Below are positions 12,228 through 21,159 of a stretch of 54,370 nucleotides of DNA, piece by piece; the first letter of the stretch is position 1, and each line of letters starts with the position of its first letter. The stretch is from a virus (taxonomy: Duplodnaviria; Caudoviricetes), in the IMG/VR virus record IMGVR_UViG_3300046167_000449, positions 1 through 54,370 of that record; one strand, given 5' to 3'. A model generated the notes under the pieces. That model was not told the DNA's origin. It made no database searches and worked only from the letters and a program-made list of their open reading frames with translations. Position numbers and translations under genes: made by a program.

Positions 12228-14300
12228 ATGGCGCAATCAAGTAGATATTTTAGGATAGACGAAGACATTCTGTTAGAGTTTATTTACCATGACCAAGGAG
12301 ATGCAGAGAAGTATCGAATTGAGGTAGATGACAATGGTAGCGAAGTAATGTTCTTAGATACTGTAGATCAGAATCCATATCAGCCTAGACACTTAATAAA
12401 TGAATTAGGTTCAGCTGTTGTGAATTTTGATGTAACAATTATTAGTGGTTACCTTGCAGTAGAGAACTTCGCAGCTAGAACTTTACTTTTACAAAATGGT
12501 AAGACATATAAATTTGATTTAAGTGCATTAACTAACCCAGCTGATTTTACAATCTCTGGAGCTTTAGGTATTTACAACTATTCAGCTACTACACAAATTG
12601 GAACTTTTACTCCAACAATAAACGGTAAGATAGAATATACATACCCTGATTTAATAGGAGGTGTAATTTATGTAGATACTAGAGCTAACCCTTTATTCTC
12701 ATCACCAGACGAAGCGACTGGAAATGATATTAACCAGACAATCGGAAGATACCATGCAGTTAAAACTCCTGGTCTAACAGATACGACAAAGTATGCACTA
12801 TTAGGCTATGATTCTACTGGTGATTATGATATGCATAATTATATTAATAATAGTTTAGAGTGGCAAGGTGGTAATGAAGCAGATCTTTTAAACTATCAAT
12901 CTGAAGCAACTCAAAATATTAACTATATCTTATATGATAGTATTAGACTTCACTTAAAGTCTGGTTTTAGTTTTGCTGCAAGAGGTTATGAGGGCTTTCT
13001 ATTTGAAGTAACTGCTGAGAGAATGAGTGGCGAAGAAAACTTCTTAACTCAATTAGTTTATTTAAACCACAGTAACTATGAGTTCTCAAATCCTAAACCG
13101 TTTATTTTAGGTGAGACTCTTTGGTCTAAGTTTATTAACCTAAAAGTACCTACTCTTGTTGGACAAAATGCAGAGTTTAATGATAGATTTTATGGTAATG
13201 GCTCTTTAGGTTCTAGTGATTTAGATCCTACGTCTAATTATGGGATTAGATTTGCTTTATTAGATACTTTAAAAACTATTGAAGGATTTGATTATGTTTA
13301 TACTGGAGAAGAGAATAAGTTTACAGTTTCAAGAGAAGATGAATTTGCTGATTTTACAGTTGTAGTTGAAGATGCTACAGATGGAGATTACTTTAATATT
13401 TACGGAGAGAAAGATAATTCGTTAGCAAACTTCGAGGGACATATTATGGATAGGATTAGAACTTCATCTGATGATATTGTTGTTATATTTGACGTAGATG
13501 TTTTTGAACAGATAGGTACAGCTCAAGTTAAATCATATACTACTACGTTTACACAATATGAAGATTTTAATACACCAATAAAGTTTAGACCTGTAATTAA
13601 TAAGGCTAATGTTGCTGTTAATTTCTCGATTGAAGTTACGATGAGAATTTACAATCAAACAGATAATACTCAAATCGTAAAGAGAGCTAGTTTAACAGTA
13701 GATCAAGCTGCTAGATATGGTAAGAAGTTATCGTCTTTAAAGATTGATAATCCAAATATATTAACTGAGGTTTACAATGTTTTACCTAGTCTAGCTGCTA
13801 ATAAAATTATTTCAGGTTTTATTACTGACAATTTACCAAGATCAGTAAAAACAGTACCCGCATTTGTTGAAAGGCATAATGTAATTGCTAGTTCTGCAAA
13901 AGTAAATTTAGTCGGTACTGGTGATAATCCAATTACAAAAGAGGTTGAAGAATTTGATACAACTGATTTTGTAAATGAAGGTGATTTATCTATTAGTATT
14001 CCTCCTTTTGCGTCTTACTATAAATTTGCTATTGCTAAGAAAAGAGGAGATGATTTTGATATGATTTCATTTGAGAATGCAGAAAGAGTTATACTTACAT
14101 TTAGTGATGGTAAACAAAAATTAAAATTTAACCATGTCTATAATAAAGATGTTGATATGGGCTTAGGTGAAGTTTTGTTTAAAATTAACGAGGCTAATGC
14201 AACTAGTATTAGAGGTATGCAAACTAACACTTTCTATATTAGTATTGATAATGGAACAGAAGAGACTATGATTACTAAAGGTAAATTTACTATTGGATAA
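12228..14300 (+). CDS. Putative virion structural (baseplate/tail) protein
   Basis: 690-aa beta-rich ORF in the structural operon. Confidence 0.5.
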   Translation: MAQSSRYFRIDEDILLEFIYHDQGDAEKYRIEVDDNGSEVMFLDTVDQNPYQPRHLINELGSAVVNFDVTIISGYLAVENFAARTLLLQNGKTYKFDLSALTNPADFTISGALGIYNYSATTQIGTFTPTINGKIEYTYPDLIGGVIYVDTRANPLFSSPDEATGNDINQTIGRYHAVKTPGLTDTTKYALLGYDSTGDYDMHNYINNSLEWQGGNEADLLNYQSEATQNINYILYDSIRLHLKSGFSFAARGYEGFLFEVTAERMSGEENFLTQLVYLNHSNYEFSNPKPFILGETLWSKFINLKVPTLVGQNAEFNDRFYGNGSLGSSDLDPTSNYGIRFALLDTLKTIEGFDYVYTGEENKFTVSREDEFADFTVVVEDATDGDYFNIYGEKDNSLANFEGHIMDRIRTSSDDIVVIFDVDVFEQIGTAQVKSYTTTFTQYEDFNTPIKFRPVINKANVAVNFSIEVTMRIYNQTDNTQIVKRASLTVDQAARYGKKLSSLKIDNPNILTEVYNVLPSLAANKIISGFITDNLPRSVKTVPAFVERHNVIASSAKVNLVGTGDNPITKEVEEFDTTDFVNEGDLSISIPPFASYYKFAIAKKRGDDFDMISFENAERVILTFSDGKQKLKFNHVYNKDVDMGLGEVLFKINEANATSIRGMQTNTFYISIDNGTEETMITKGKFTIG

Positions 14301-14851
14301 TGATTTTAAATAGCAGAAATAACGCATACGATTTTAGATTCCCAAGAAGGTTTATCCCTGAGGAAGTAGCTGAGAAATACAAGAAGTATCTGAATAGAGT
14401 TCCTGGTGGACTTTTAGCAGAACCAATTGATTTTGTTAACTATTCTATCCAAGGTCTTAATATTCCAGGTGTAGCTTTCGAACCAATTACTCAATCAGAT
14501 AATGATGGTACTGTAAGAAGCCATAGAGGTGCAGTGCCAATTCAAAATACAATTACTAGAGAATTCACAGTTACATTCCAGCTATTAGATGGTTTTATCA
14601 ATTACTGGATTATGATGGACACTCTATTATATTACTATGCTAGATCGACAAAACAGGCTTATATTGAACCTATGACTCTAAGAATTTTAGATGCCGAGGG
14701 AGCTTCAGTAGCCTATATGGAATTCAACGGTATTATTCTGAGCTCTATAAATGAGTTAAATCTAAATATGGCAGAAAACGTATCTGATTTCAGTACATTT
14801 GAATGTAATTTTGTTTACAATAAACTAGATCTGAGATTAGAAATAGATTAA
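14300..14851 (+). CDS. Tail tube-like protein (gp19/gp54/gp3 fold)
   Basis: IQGLNIPGV...FTVTFQL...ILSSINELNL...FECNFVY pattern typical of tube-fold proteins. Confidence 0.55.
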   Translation: MILNSRNNAYDFRFPRRFIPEEVAEKYKKYLNRVPGGLLAEPIDFVNYSIQGLNIPGVAFEPITQSDNDGTVRSHRGAVPIQNTITREFTVTFQLLDGFINYWIMMDTLLYYYARSTKQAYIEPMTLRILDAEGASVAYMEFNGIILSSINELNLNMAENVSDFSTFECNFVYNKLDLRLEID

Positions 14852-14865
14852 AAGATATATAAACT

Positions 14866-15243
14866 ATGAAAGATACTAAAACATTTAACGAATACTTAGT
14901 TGAGCAAAAGCTAACTGAGACTGATATGACACTATTACAAGAGTCCCTACAATCAGAGTGGACTCCTGAATTAGAAGAAAAAGTTGACTTTGCGCTAGAG
15001 CAATTTGTACAACAATTTCAGAATGAAGATGGTTCTTTTGATTTAGACAGATTAGAAGAAGGCATTGTTAACGAAGGACTTTTAGGTTCTATCTTTGGTG
15101 GTCTTGCAGGATTTGCATTAGGTAAATCTGTTGGTAAGATGATTGCTAAAGTACTTGGTATTCAAAAAGGTATTTTCTACGATTTATTAACTTCCCGTTT
15201 AGTTGGCGCTGCCCTAGGTGCTGCAATGGGTAAAAGAATCTAA
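14866..15243 (+). CDS. Head-packaged protein with capsid-targeting-like N-terminus and Gly-zipper hydrophobic C-terminus
   Basis: MKDTKTFNEYLVE resembles the T4 CTS MKTYQEFIAE; IVNE precedes GLLGSIFGGLAGFALG; late promoter at 14854. Confidence 0.55.
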   Translation: MKDTKTFNEYLVEQKLTETDMTLLQESLQSEWTPELEEKVDFALEQFVQQFQNEDGSFDLDRLEEGIVNEGLLGSIFGGLAGFALGKSVGKMIAKVLGIQKGIFYDLLTSRLVGAALGAAMGKRI

Positions 15244-15244
15244 T

Positions 15245-15916
15245 TTGAATTTAGTTACAGTTGACTTCTCGCTTAATTCCCCTGGTATATGTGTCTGGCA
15301 ATCTGACACGAATGAATATCAATTTATCTCATATATTAAAGCTGGCTCTGGCACAAAGGCCGAACAGAAACGTCAAGAAGAAATAAGTACTTTTTCTGAT
15401 GTGACTCTAGTACATCAACCAGATTGGAAATCTTCAGTTGGAGATTACTCTAAGAACGAGTTCGCAAAAATCAAGAGATACATTAAGACAGCCGATGATA
15501 TTATTAACCTAATCGTCAATATAACTCAGACGAAACAAGATTATCATATTGCATTCGAAGGTACGTCGTATGGTTCTAAGATGGGAACTAATAATATGAT
15601 TGACATGGCCGCAGGAGCTGCAATCCTTAAAGAACAAATGATAAATCAACTCGAGGTCAAAAATTTAATGACCGTTGCACCTACTACAATTAAGAAACAT
15701 GCTGGTAAAGGGAATATGAATAAGTTAGCTCTTTGGAATGCATTCTTAAATAATATTTGTGAGTCTCCTGAGTTAGCTAACAGTCCTTTATATAAATATT
15801 GTGTCTCTGAAATTGGTGAGGTGAAAAAAGTGCCGAAGCCTTTTGATGACCTAGTCGACGCTTGGTTCCTAAATCATTATCTTTACACTAAACTTGGGGA
15901 AAATTTGCCAGACTAA
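15245..15916 (+). CDS. RuvC-like Holliday junction resolvase
   Basis: VDFSLNSPG, IAFEG, PTTIKKHAGKGNMNK and DDLVDAW motifs. Probable TTG start at 15245. Confidence 0.75.
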   Translation: MNLVTVDFSLNSPGICVWQSDTNEYQFISYIKAGSGTKAEQKRQEEISTFSDVTLVHQPDWKSSVGDYSKNEFAKIKRYIKTADDIINLIVNITQTKQDYHIAFEGTSYGSKMGTNNMIDMAAGAAILKEQMINQLEVKNLMTVAPTTIKKHAGKGNMNKLALWNAFLNNICESPELANSPLYKYCVSEIGEVKKVPKPFDDLVDAWFLNHYLYTKLGENLPD

Positions 15917-15988
15917 CCAAATCTCTGCTTTCAAGCCTCTTCTGGCTAGTCTCTGCTTCCGGTACTACTCTTCCCCTGAGGTTAAATA
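15890..15988 (-). ncRNA. Candidate structured small RNA (long irregular hairpin)
   Basis: Minus-strand GGGGAAGA/UUUUCCCC and GACUAGCCAG/UUGGUUAGUC helices with G-U pairs that are A-C mismatches on the plus strand. It has its own GAAAC-N18-TATAA promoter and no ORF. Confidence 0.55.
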
Positions 15989-15994
15989 CATAAC

Positions 15995-16022
15995 TTATAT
16001 GCTAGTTCCCAGAAAAGGTTTC
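15995..16022 (-). promoter_or_regulatory. GAAAC-N18-TATAA promoter on the minus strand
   Basis: The reverse complement reads GAAACcttttctgggaactagcaTATAA. Confidence 0.65.
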
Positions 16023-16045
16023 AAAAAACTTCAACAAATCTCAAA

Positions 16046-16204
16046 TTATTTCTGATAGCCTAGCATTAGGTTAATTCTGGTAGGGATAACTACTTTAGTA
16101 TTACAGCTATCACAACACTTTCCTTTATTGACAACAGGAGCTGGATTATTACCGTATTGCTCTTTAATAGTCTTCTTGCAAATTACACATTTAAAATCTT
16201 CCAT
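16046..16204 (-). CDS. Small Zn-finger-like protein, 52 aa (missing from ORF track)
   Basis: MEDFKCVICKK...YGNNPAPV...KCCDSCNTKVVIPTR; the CxxC / GNNPxP / CCDxCN pattern is common in phages; abuts the upstream minus-strand gene. Confidence 0.75.
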   Translation of the reverse strand: MEDFKCVICKKTIKEQYGNNPAPVVNKGKCCDSCNTKVVIPTRINLMLGYQK

Positions 16205-16205
16205 A

Positions 16206-16538
16206 TTAGCAGTATGATTTAATTTTGTCCATTTCTTTTTTAATTTCGACGCATGCTTCAGAATACCTATCTACTTCAGGATATTTAAACCCTAACCAGA
16301 GCATATCAATATTTGCTGGACCTGCGCCACCGATGTGGTCGTCAATCCACGTACAGAACGAATGGAGCGAGGCAGCCTCATTGATGTATAAACTTTCTTC
16401 TATATAATAATAACCCTCTAGAAAGCTTCCAGTGGTCTTAGCCCCCATCAAAAGAAGCGTTTTGTTTCTCGACGACAATTTAGTATGTTTCTTCATAGCG
16501 TCTAATTTTAATTGGTACTCGTAGTGTGGATTACTCAT
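16206..16538 (-). CDS. Hypothetical early protein
   Basis: 110-aa ORF directly downstream of the conserved early-promoter element. Confidence 0.7.
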   Translation of the reverse strand: MSNPHYEYQLKLDAMKKHTKLSSRNKTLLLMGAKTTGSFLEGYYYIEESLYINEAASLHSFCTWIDDHIGGAGPANIDMLWLGFKYPEVDRYSEACVEIKKEMDKIKSYC

Positions 16539-16550
16539 GTTTATTAGTTT

Positions 16551-16620
16551 TTAATTACAGTACTAATATACGAAAAATATCTGACATAAAAAAATTCTGA
16601 GGCAATTATTTTGCAAAAAA
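16551..16620 (-). promoter_or_regulatory. Early promoter element, copy 1
   Basis: 65/70 nt identical to 40572-40641; core TTTTTCGTATATTAGTACTGT also at 30588-30608 on the plus strand. Confidence 0.8.
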
Positions 16621-16650
16621 GTTATTAACAATTTAAAGGTACTCTATCAA

Positions 16651-16677
16651 GAAACAAATTAAAAAAGAGATATATAA
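16651..16677 (+). promoter_or_regulatory. GAAAC-N17-TATAA promoter overlapping a GATATATA
   Basis: Direct motif match. Confidence 0.6.
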
Positions 16678-16678
16678 T

Positions 16679-16900
16679 ATGTATAATAAACAAAAGAACA
16701 GTGATATGTTGATAACAGCGGATTACTTTCGTCTCAGCGGAATCCTAAAACAAATGGTGGCAGCGAACCAGATCACGTCAGAAGAACGTGAAGAGTTACT
16801 ACACAAATCAGGGCTGATTAAGCAAGAGGACGGCAGATGGAAGGAAATACCTACAGACCCAAGGTCTGGGATCTCTCCAGCTATTTTGACATTGGACTGA
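16679..16900 (+). CDS. Hypothetical protein
   Basis: Short ORF behind its own promoter; the true start may be the second Met. Confidence 0.55.
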   Translation: MYNKQKNSDMLITADYFRLSGILKQMVAANQITSEEREELLHKSGLIKQEDGRWKEIPTDPRSGISPAILTLD

Positions 16901-16926
16901 AACTATTGTATATTGTACAACTATAA
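16899..16926 (+). promoter_or_regulatory. GAAAC-N18-TATAA promoter for the gp32 operon
   Basis: Direct motif match upstream of gp32. Confidence 0.65.
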
Positions 16927-16989
16927 GGAACTGAAAGAACATTAACGTAATTTCGAGTATTAACAATTTATTAAACAATTTTAAGTATT

Positions 16990-17913
16990 ATGAGTGATTC
17001 ATTTGACATTTTTAATCTTGGCGTAGAAGACGTAGAAACGCATCAGCCAGAAAGAACTTCAACTAATGAAGTTTACAAACCAACTGCCGACGACGGCAAA
17101 GACGGAACGTACAAAGCATTAATTAGATTTGTACCTAACCCTGAGAATCCGAGAAAATCTCTGATTCAAAAATACGTACACTGGTTAACTAACTCCAGTG
17201 GTGACGGAAAACTAGTTGACTCTCCACAAACAATCGGTGAGCACTGTCCAATTGCAGATGTATTCTGGAAACTAAGAAAATCAGATTCTGCAGTAGATAG
17301 AAAAGCTTCTGAAAAATTAAAGAGACGTCAACAGTATTATTCTCTTGTAAAAATCGTAAAAGATCCACAAAACCCAGAATTGGAGGGTACTTACAAAGTA
17401 TTCAAATTTGGATATAAGATTAAAGAGAAGATTGACTCTGAATTGAAGCCAGACTTCGGTGAGCCAACACAAGTATTTGACCTATTCGAAGGTAAGAACT
17501 TCGAGCTTGTTATTACAAGACAAGGTGAGTACAATAACTACGACAAATCTAAATTCTCTTCTAACAAATCTGCAGTAATTATGGGCGATGCTCCAGCAGA
17601 AAGAACGAAAGAGACTATGGGCGCTATCAAAGAAGAATTAGAGAATTCACCATCTTTAGCACAATACGACTACAAAGCTTGGGACGAAGATACAAGAGCT
17701 TTCGTAAACAACGTATTGAGAATGTACCTTAATCCAGGTGATGATATTGCAGCAGTAACTTCTGCTCCAAAATCTGCTCCAGCTCCAAAGGCAAAAGTAA
17801 CTGAAACTGCAACTGCAGGATCTGCTGCGCCAACAAAGGCTGAAGCACCAGCTGAAAGTAAGGTAACTACAGATGATGATTTAGATTCTTTCCTAGATGA
17901 CCTCAACATCTAA
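16990..17913 (+). CDS. gp32: Single-stranded DNA-binding protein (T4 gp32-like)
   Basis: ALIRFVP, CPI, KVFKFGYKI, FDLFEGKNF, YNNYDKSKF and acidic tail DDDLDSFLDDL. Confidence 0.92.
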   Translation: MSDSFDIFNLGVEDVETHQPERTSTNEVYKPTADDGKDGTYKALIRFVPNPENPRKSLIQKYVHWLTNSSGDGKLVDSPQTIGEHCPIADVFWKLRKSDSAVDRKASEKLKRRQQYYSLVKIVKDPQNPELEGTYKVFKFGYKIKEKIDSELKPDFGEPTQVFDLFEGKNFELVITRQGEYNNYDKSKFSSNKSAVIMGDAPAERTKETMGAIKEELENSPSLAQYDYKAWDEDTRAFVNNVLRMYLNPGDDIAAVTSAPKSAPAPKAKVTETATAGSAAPTKAEAPAESKVTTDDDLDSFLDDLNI

Positions 17914-18977
17914 TAACATACAATTAACTGAAGAGCTTAAGAGTAGAATAAAAGTTGCACTAAAACAAGTTTGTGTAGAGCATCATTCCACTCCTAACAA
18001 GCAGCTGCTTAAAGACATGCCAGGGCGAATAACCTTGGCATGTCCTTATTGCGGTGACTCTCATGAAGATGATACCAAGAAAAGAGGTAACATGTATTGG
18101 GACACACTTCAGTATCATTGTTACAATTGTTCTCACCATACTAATCTTCATACGTTCTTAAAAGACCATGAGGTTAGAATGCCTAATACAGGCGACTCAT
18201 TTACGATTATTGACTATATCAAAGAGAACAAACAACAGGTTAGTCAAGAACAAGTATTACAAAACCAGTCACTTGCAAGCGTCCAAGAACTGGCATTAAC
18301 CGTAGATGAATTTAAACAAGTATTCGGCGCTAAAGAAATTGAGCCTGGAGAATGGATTTGGTTTCAGTTAAAAGAGAGGCTATTACATAATAAGTCTAGC
18401 GAGTTTCTTTTTTCCCAAAAAGGTAATCGACTTTGGATTTTAAATAAAGGTTTAAACGGGAAGATTATCGGCGCACAATCCAGAAGAATGAAAGGCTATG
18501 GGTCTAGGTATTTAACTTATGACCTACCAAAAATATATGAAGAGTGGAAGAAGCCGTTAGAGTTAGAACCAGAGGTAATGACTAAACTGGCAAAGGCTTC
18601 TACTTTATTTGGAATTATGCAGGTTAATTTCCAACAGCCAGGTCACTTTATTTGAGGGACCGATTGATGCGAAGTTTATGCATAACTCTATTGCCCTAGC
18701 AACAGCAGGTAGATCGACAGAAGAATTTGACGAAATGGCGACAGTCAGGTATATGTTTGATAACGATGCAACAGGTAAAAAGAAAATGATTGAAAAGCTT
18801 AAGAAGGGAAGACCTGTATTTATGTGGTCTAAATTTCTAGACGATTTTAAGCTAGATACATATAATATCAAAGATTTAAACGACTTGATAAAAGTATGTT
18901 ACCAGCAAAAATCTACAGCTTGGAAACAAATAGAAAATTATTTCACATCAAGCGATTTAGATTTATGGTACGTATAG
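17897..18977 (+). CDS. gp61: DNA primase (T4 gp61-like), frameshift near 18640
   Basis: Zn ribbon CPYCGDS...CYNC; TOPRIM FEGPIDA, FDND and KDLND in the second frame. Confidence 0.88.
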
Positions 18978-19174
18978 AAGAAATGGAAGATACATTAGAG
19001 GATTTTTTTAAGGACAGCGACCGCTTTAAGAAGATGCGTATGCTAATTGATTTCGAGATGCCAGAATTTAAGACTGATAATCCCGATATGAAATTTAGTA
19101 AACCTAAACTTAAGAAAGGTGAAAAGGCTTCTAAGTTTATTAAGCCGGATAGGAACAAATCGTCGCTATTTTAA
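18965..19174 (+). CDS. Hypothetical protein ending in -SSLF
   Basis: In-operon ORF between primase and UvsY. Confidence 0.55.
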   Translation: MVRIEEMEDTLEDFFKDSDRFKKMRMLIDFEMPEFKTDNPDMKFSKPKLKKGEKASKFIKPDRNKSSLF

Positions 19175-19185
19175 TATAAAGATAA

Positions 19186-19608
19186 ATGAGTAAAGATAAA
19201 ATATTAGCACTAGATCAAAAATTGAGTGCACAAAGAAACGAATGGTCAGCTACTATTAGAAGTCTTGCACAAAGCCTTCGTAATCTAAATACGATGGAGG
19301 TTACAATAGCAGATGTATTATCTTCTAGACAGACGCTCGTAGATCAAATGGCATATATAAATGTCAAAATTAAACAACAAAAGAAAACAATTTCTGCAAG
19401 ATATAGAGAAGCCTATATTAGATACTATAATTATGACTATAAATTAGGTGAAAAGCAGAAAGAGAAATTCTTAGAGAATGACCTAGCAGATGACAATATG
19501 ATTTTGTCACATTTAGAAAATCAAATGGATTGGCTAAGGGATTCCGTAAAAACATTAGATAATATGGGCTTTGCTATTAGAAATAGACTGGCTCTAAAAG
19601 ATCTATAA
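19186..19608 (+). CDS. uvsY: Recombination mediator UvsY-like
   Basis: 140-aa helical protein ending VKTLDNMGFAIRNRL, directly before UvsW. Confidence 0.72.
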   Translation: MSKDKILALDQKLSAQRNEWSATIRSLAQSLRNLNTMEVTIADVLSSRQTLVDQMAYINVKIKQQKKTISARYREAYIRYYNYDYKLGEKQKEKFLENDLADDNMILSHLENQMDWLRDSVKTLDNMGFAIRNRLALKDL

Positions 19609-19614
19609 TAAACA

Positions 19615-21123
19615 GTGGAATTAACGTTAACAGATAATAAGCAGTTCTTGCGTGTGGATGAGGCGTCCGAAATGGAAGTTGAACAACTCAATATCACACT
19701 AAATAGACGTATTGAATCTTGGAGATTTCATCCCCTGGTTAAGAAGGGTTTATGGGATGGTTACATCTCATATATCAAAGATGATAAATGGATTCCATCT
19801 GGTCTTTGGCGAGAAGTAATGAATATGTGTAAGCAGTATAAATATGAGCTTAAACTAAATGGCATTACAAGACTATTTGATACTAATATAAAAGCTGCAG
19901 ACTTTGAAGCATGGGCAATGGATTTCTTTGATGGTTCAGAGATACAACCTAGAGATTATCAAATTGAAGCTGCATATAATATCCTTAAATTTAGAAATTG
20001 TCTAAGTGAGTTGGCTACATCAGCTGGTAAAACTCTTATTTCATTTATGGTAATATCTTACCTATTAGAAAAACAAAAGGCTGGTAGAATTCTTTTTATT
20101 GTACCTAATGTCTCACTTGTTGTTCAGGGTTCAGAAGATTTCCAAGACTATAACTGGAGAAACCAAGCCAATATAAAAGTACAACAGATTTATTCAGGTC
20201 AAAAGATTAGACCAGGTAGAAATGTAGTAATTGGAACATATCAATCACTAGTTAAAAAGGATAAAGAATATTTCCAACAATTTGATGCAGTACTTATTGA
20301 TGAAACACATAAGGCTAAATCACAATCTATTAAAACTATCCTACAAAAATGTACAGCAGCTAATTATAGGTTTGGACTTTCGGGTACAATTCCAAAAGCT
20401 GGTAGTTTAGATAGATTAACACTTATGGCTTATACTGGTCCTGTAATTACAGAGGTTAGTGCAAATTTCCTACAAGAAGAGGGACATATTGCAGGCTGTA
20501 AAGTAAAAGTAATAAAAATGGACTATGCTGCTGAAAGTACTAAGAATGCTTTTAGAGAAATGTCCCAAAATAGATATGAAAGTAAAGACGTCTATAAATT
20601 TGAAAGCAATTATGTTATACAGTCGCCAGGTCGGCTTGCATTTATTTGTAGCATTATTTCCAGAGTTAAAGGCAATGGTCTTGTCTTGTTCCATAGGATT
20701 GAACATGGTAAAAAGATTTATGAGAAATTGCGCCAAGAGTCTGAAAAGAATGTTTACTATGTAGACGGAAATACAGACAAAGATATTAGAGAAGAGTATA
20801 AAAAGAAAATGGAAGCGGGTGCTGAGATTATCATTGTAGCATCCTATGGTACATTTTCAACTGGTATATCAATTAATAAGATACACAATATATTCTTTAC
20901 AGAGTCCTTTAAATCCGAAGTTATTATTAGACAATCAATAGGTAGGGGACTAAGAAAACACAAGTCTAAAACTGATGTAAATATCATTGACTTTGTAGAC
21001 GATCTATCCTCCCCGGATTGGGATAACTACTTAATTAGACATGCTAAAGCTAGGCAGAAGATCTATAGAGAACAGAAGTTCCCGTTTGAGGTAAAAAATG
21101 TGACATTTGAAGGGGATATATAA
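19615..21123 (+). CDS. uvsW: UvsW SF2 helicase
   Basis: PRDYQ, ATSAGKT, IDETH, GLSGT, FSTGISI and QSIGRGLR. Confidence 0.93.
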   Translation: MELTLTDNKQFLRVDEASEMEVEQLNITLNRRIESWRFHPLVKKGLWDGYISYIKDDKWIPSGLWREVMNMCKQYKYELKLNGITRLFDTNIKAADFEAWAMDFFDGSEIQPRDYQIEAAYNILKFRNCLSELATSAGKTLISFMVISYLLEKQKAGRILFIVPNVSLVVQGSEDFQDYNWRNQANIKVQQIYSGQKIRPGRNVVIGTYQSLVKKDKEYFQQFDAVLIDETHKAKSQSIKTILQKCTAANYRFGLSGTIPKAGSLDRLTLMAYTGPVITEVSANFLQEEGHIAGCKVKVIKMDYAAESTKNAFREMSQNRYESKDVYKFESNYVIQSPGRLAFICSIISRVKGNGLVLFHRIEHGKKIYEKLRQESEKNVYYVDGNTDKDIREEYKKKMEAGAEIIIVASYGTFSTGISINKIHNIFFTESFKSEVIIRQSIGRGLRKHKSKTDVNIIDFVDDLSSPDWDNYLIRHAKARQKIYREQKFPFEVKNVTFEGDI

Positions 21124-21159
21124 TACAATACTAAAGTAATAAAAAATAAATCTAAAATA

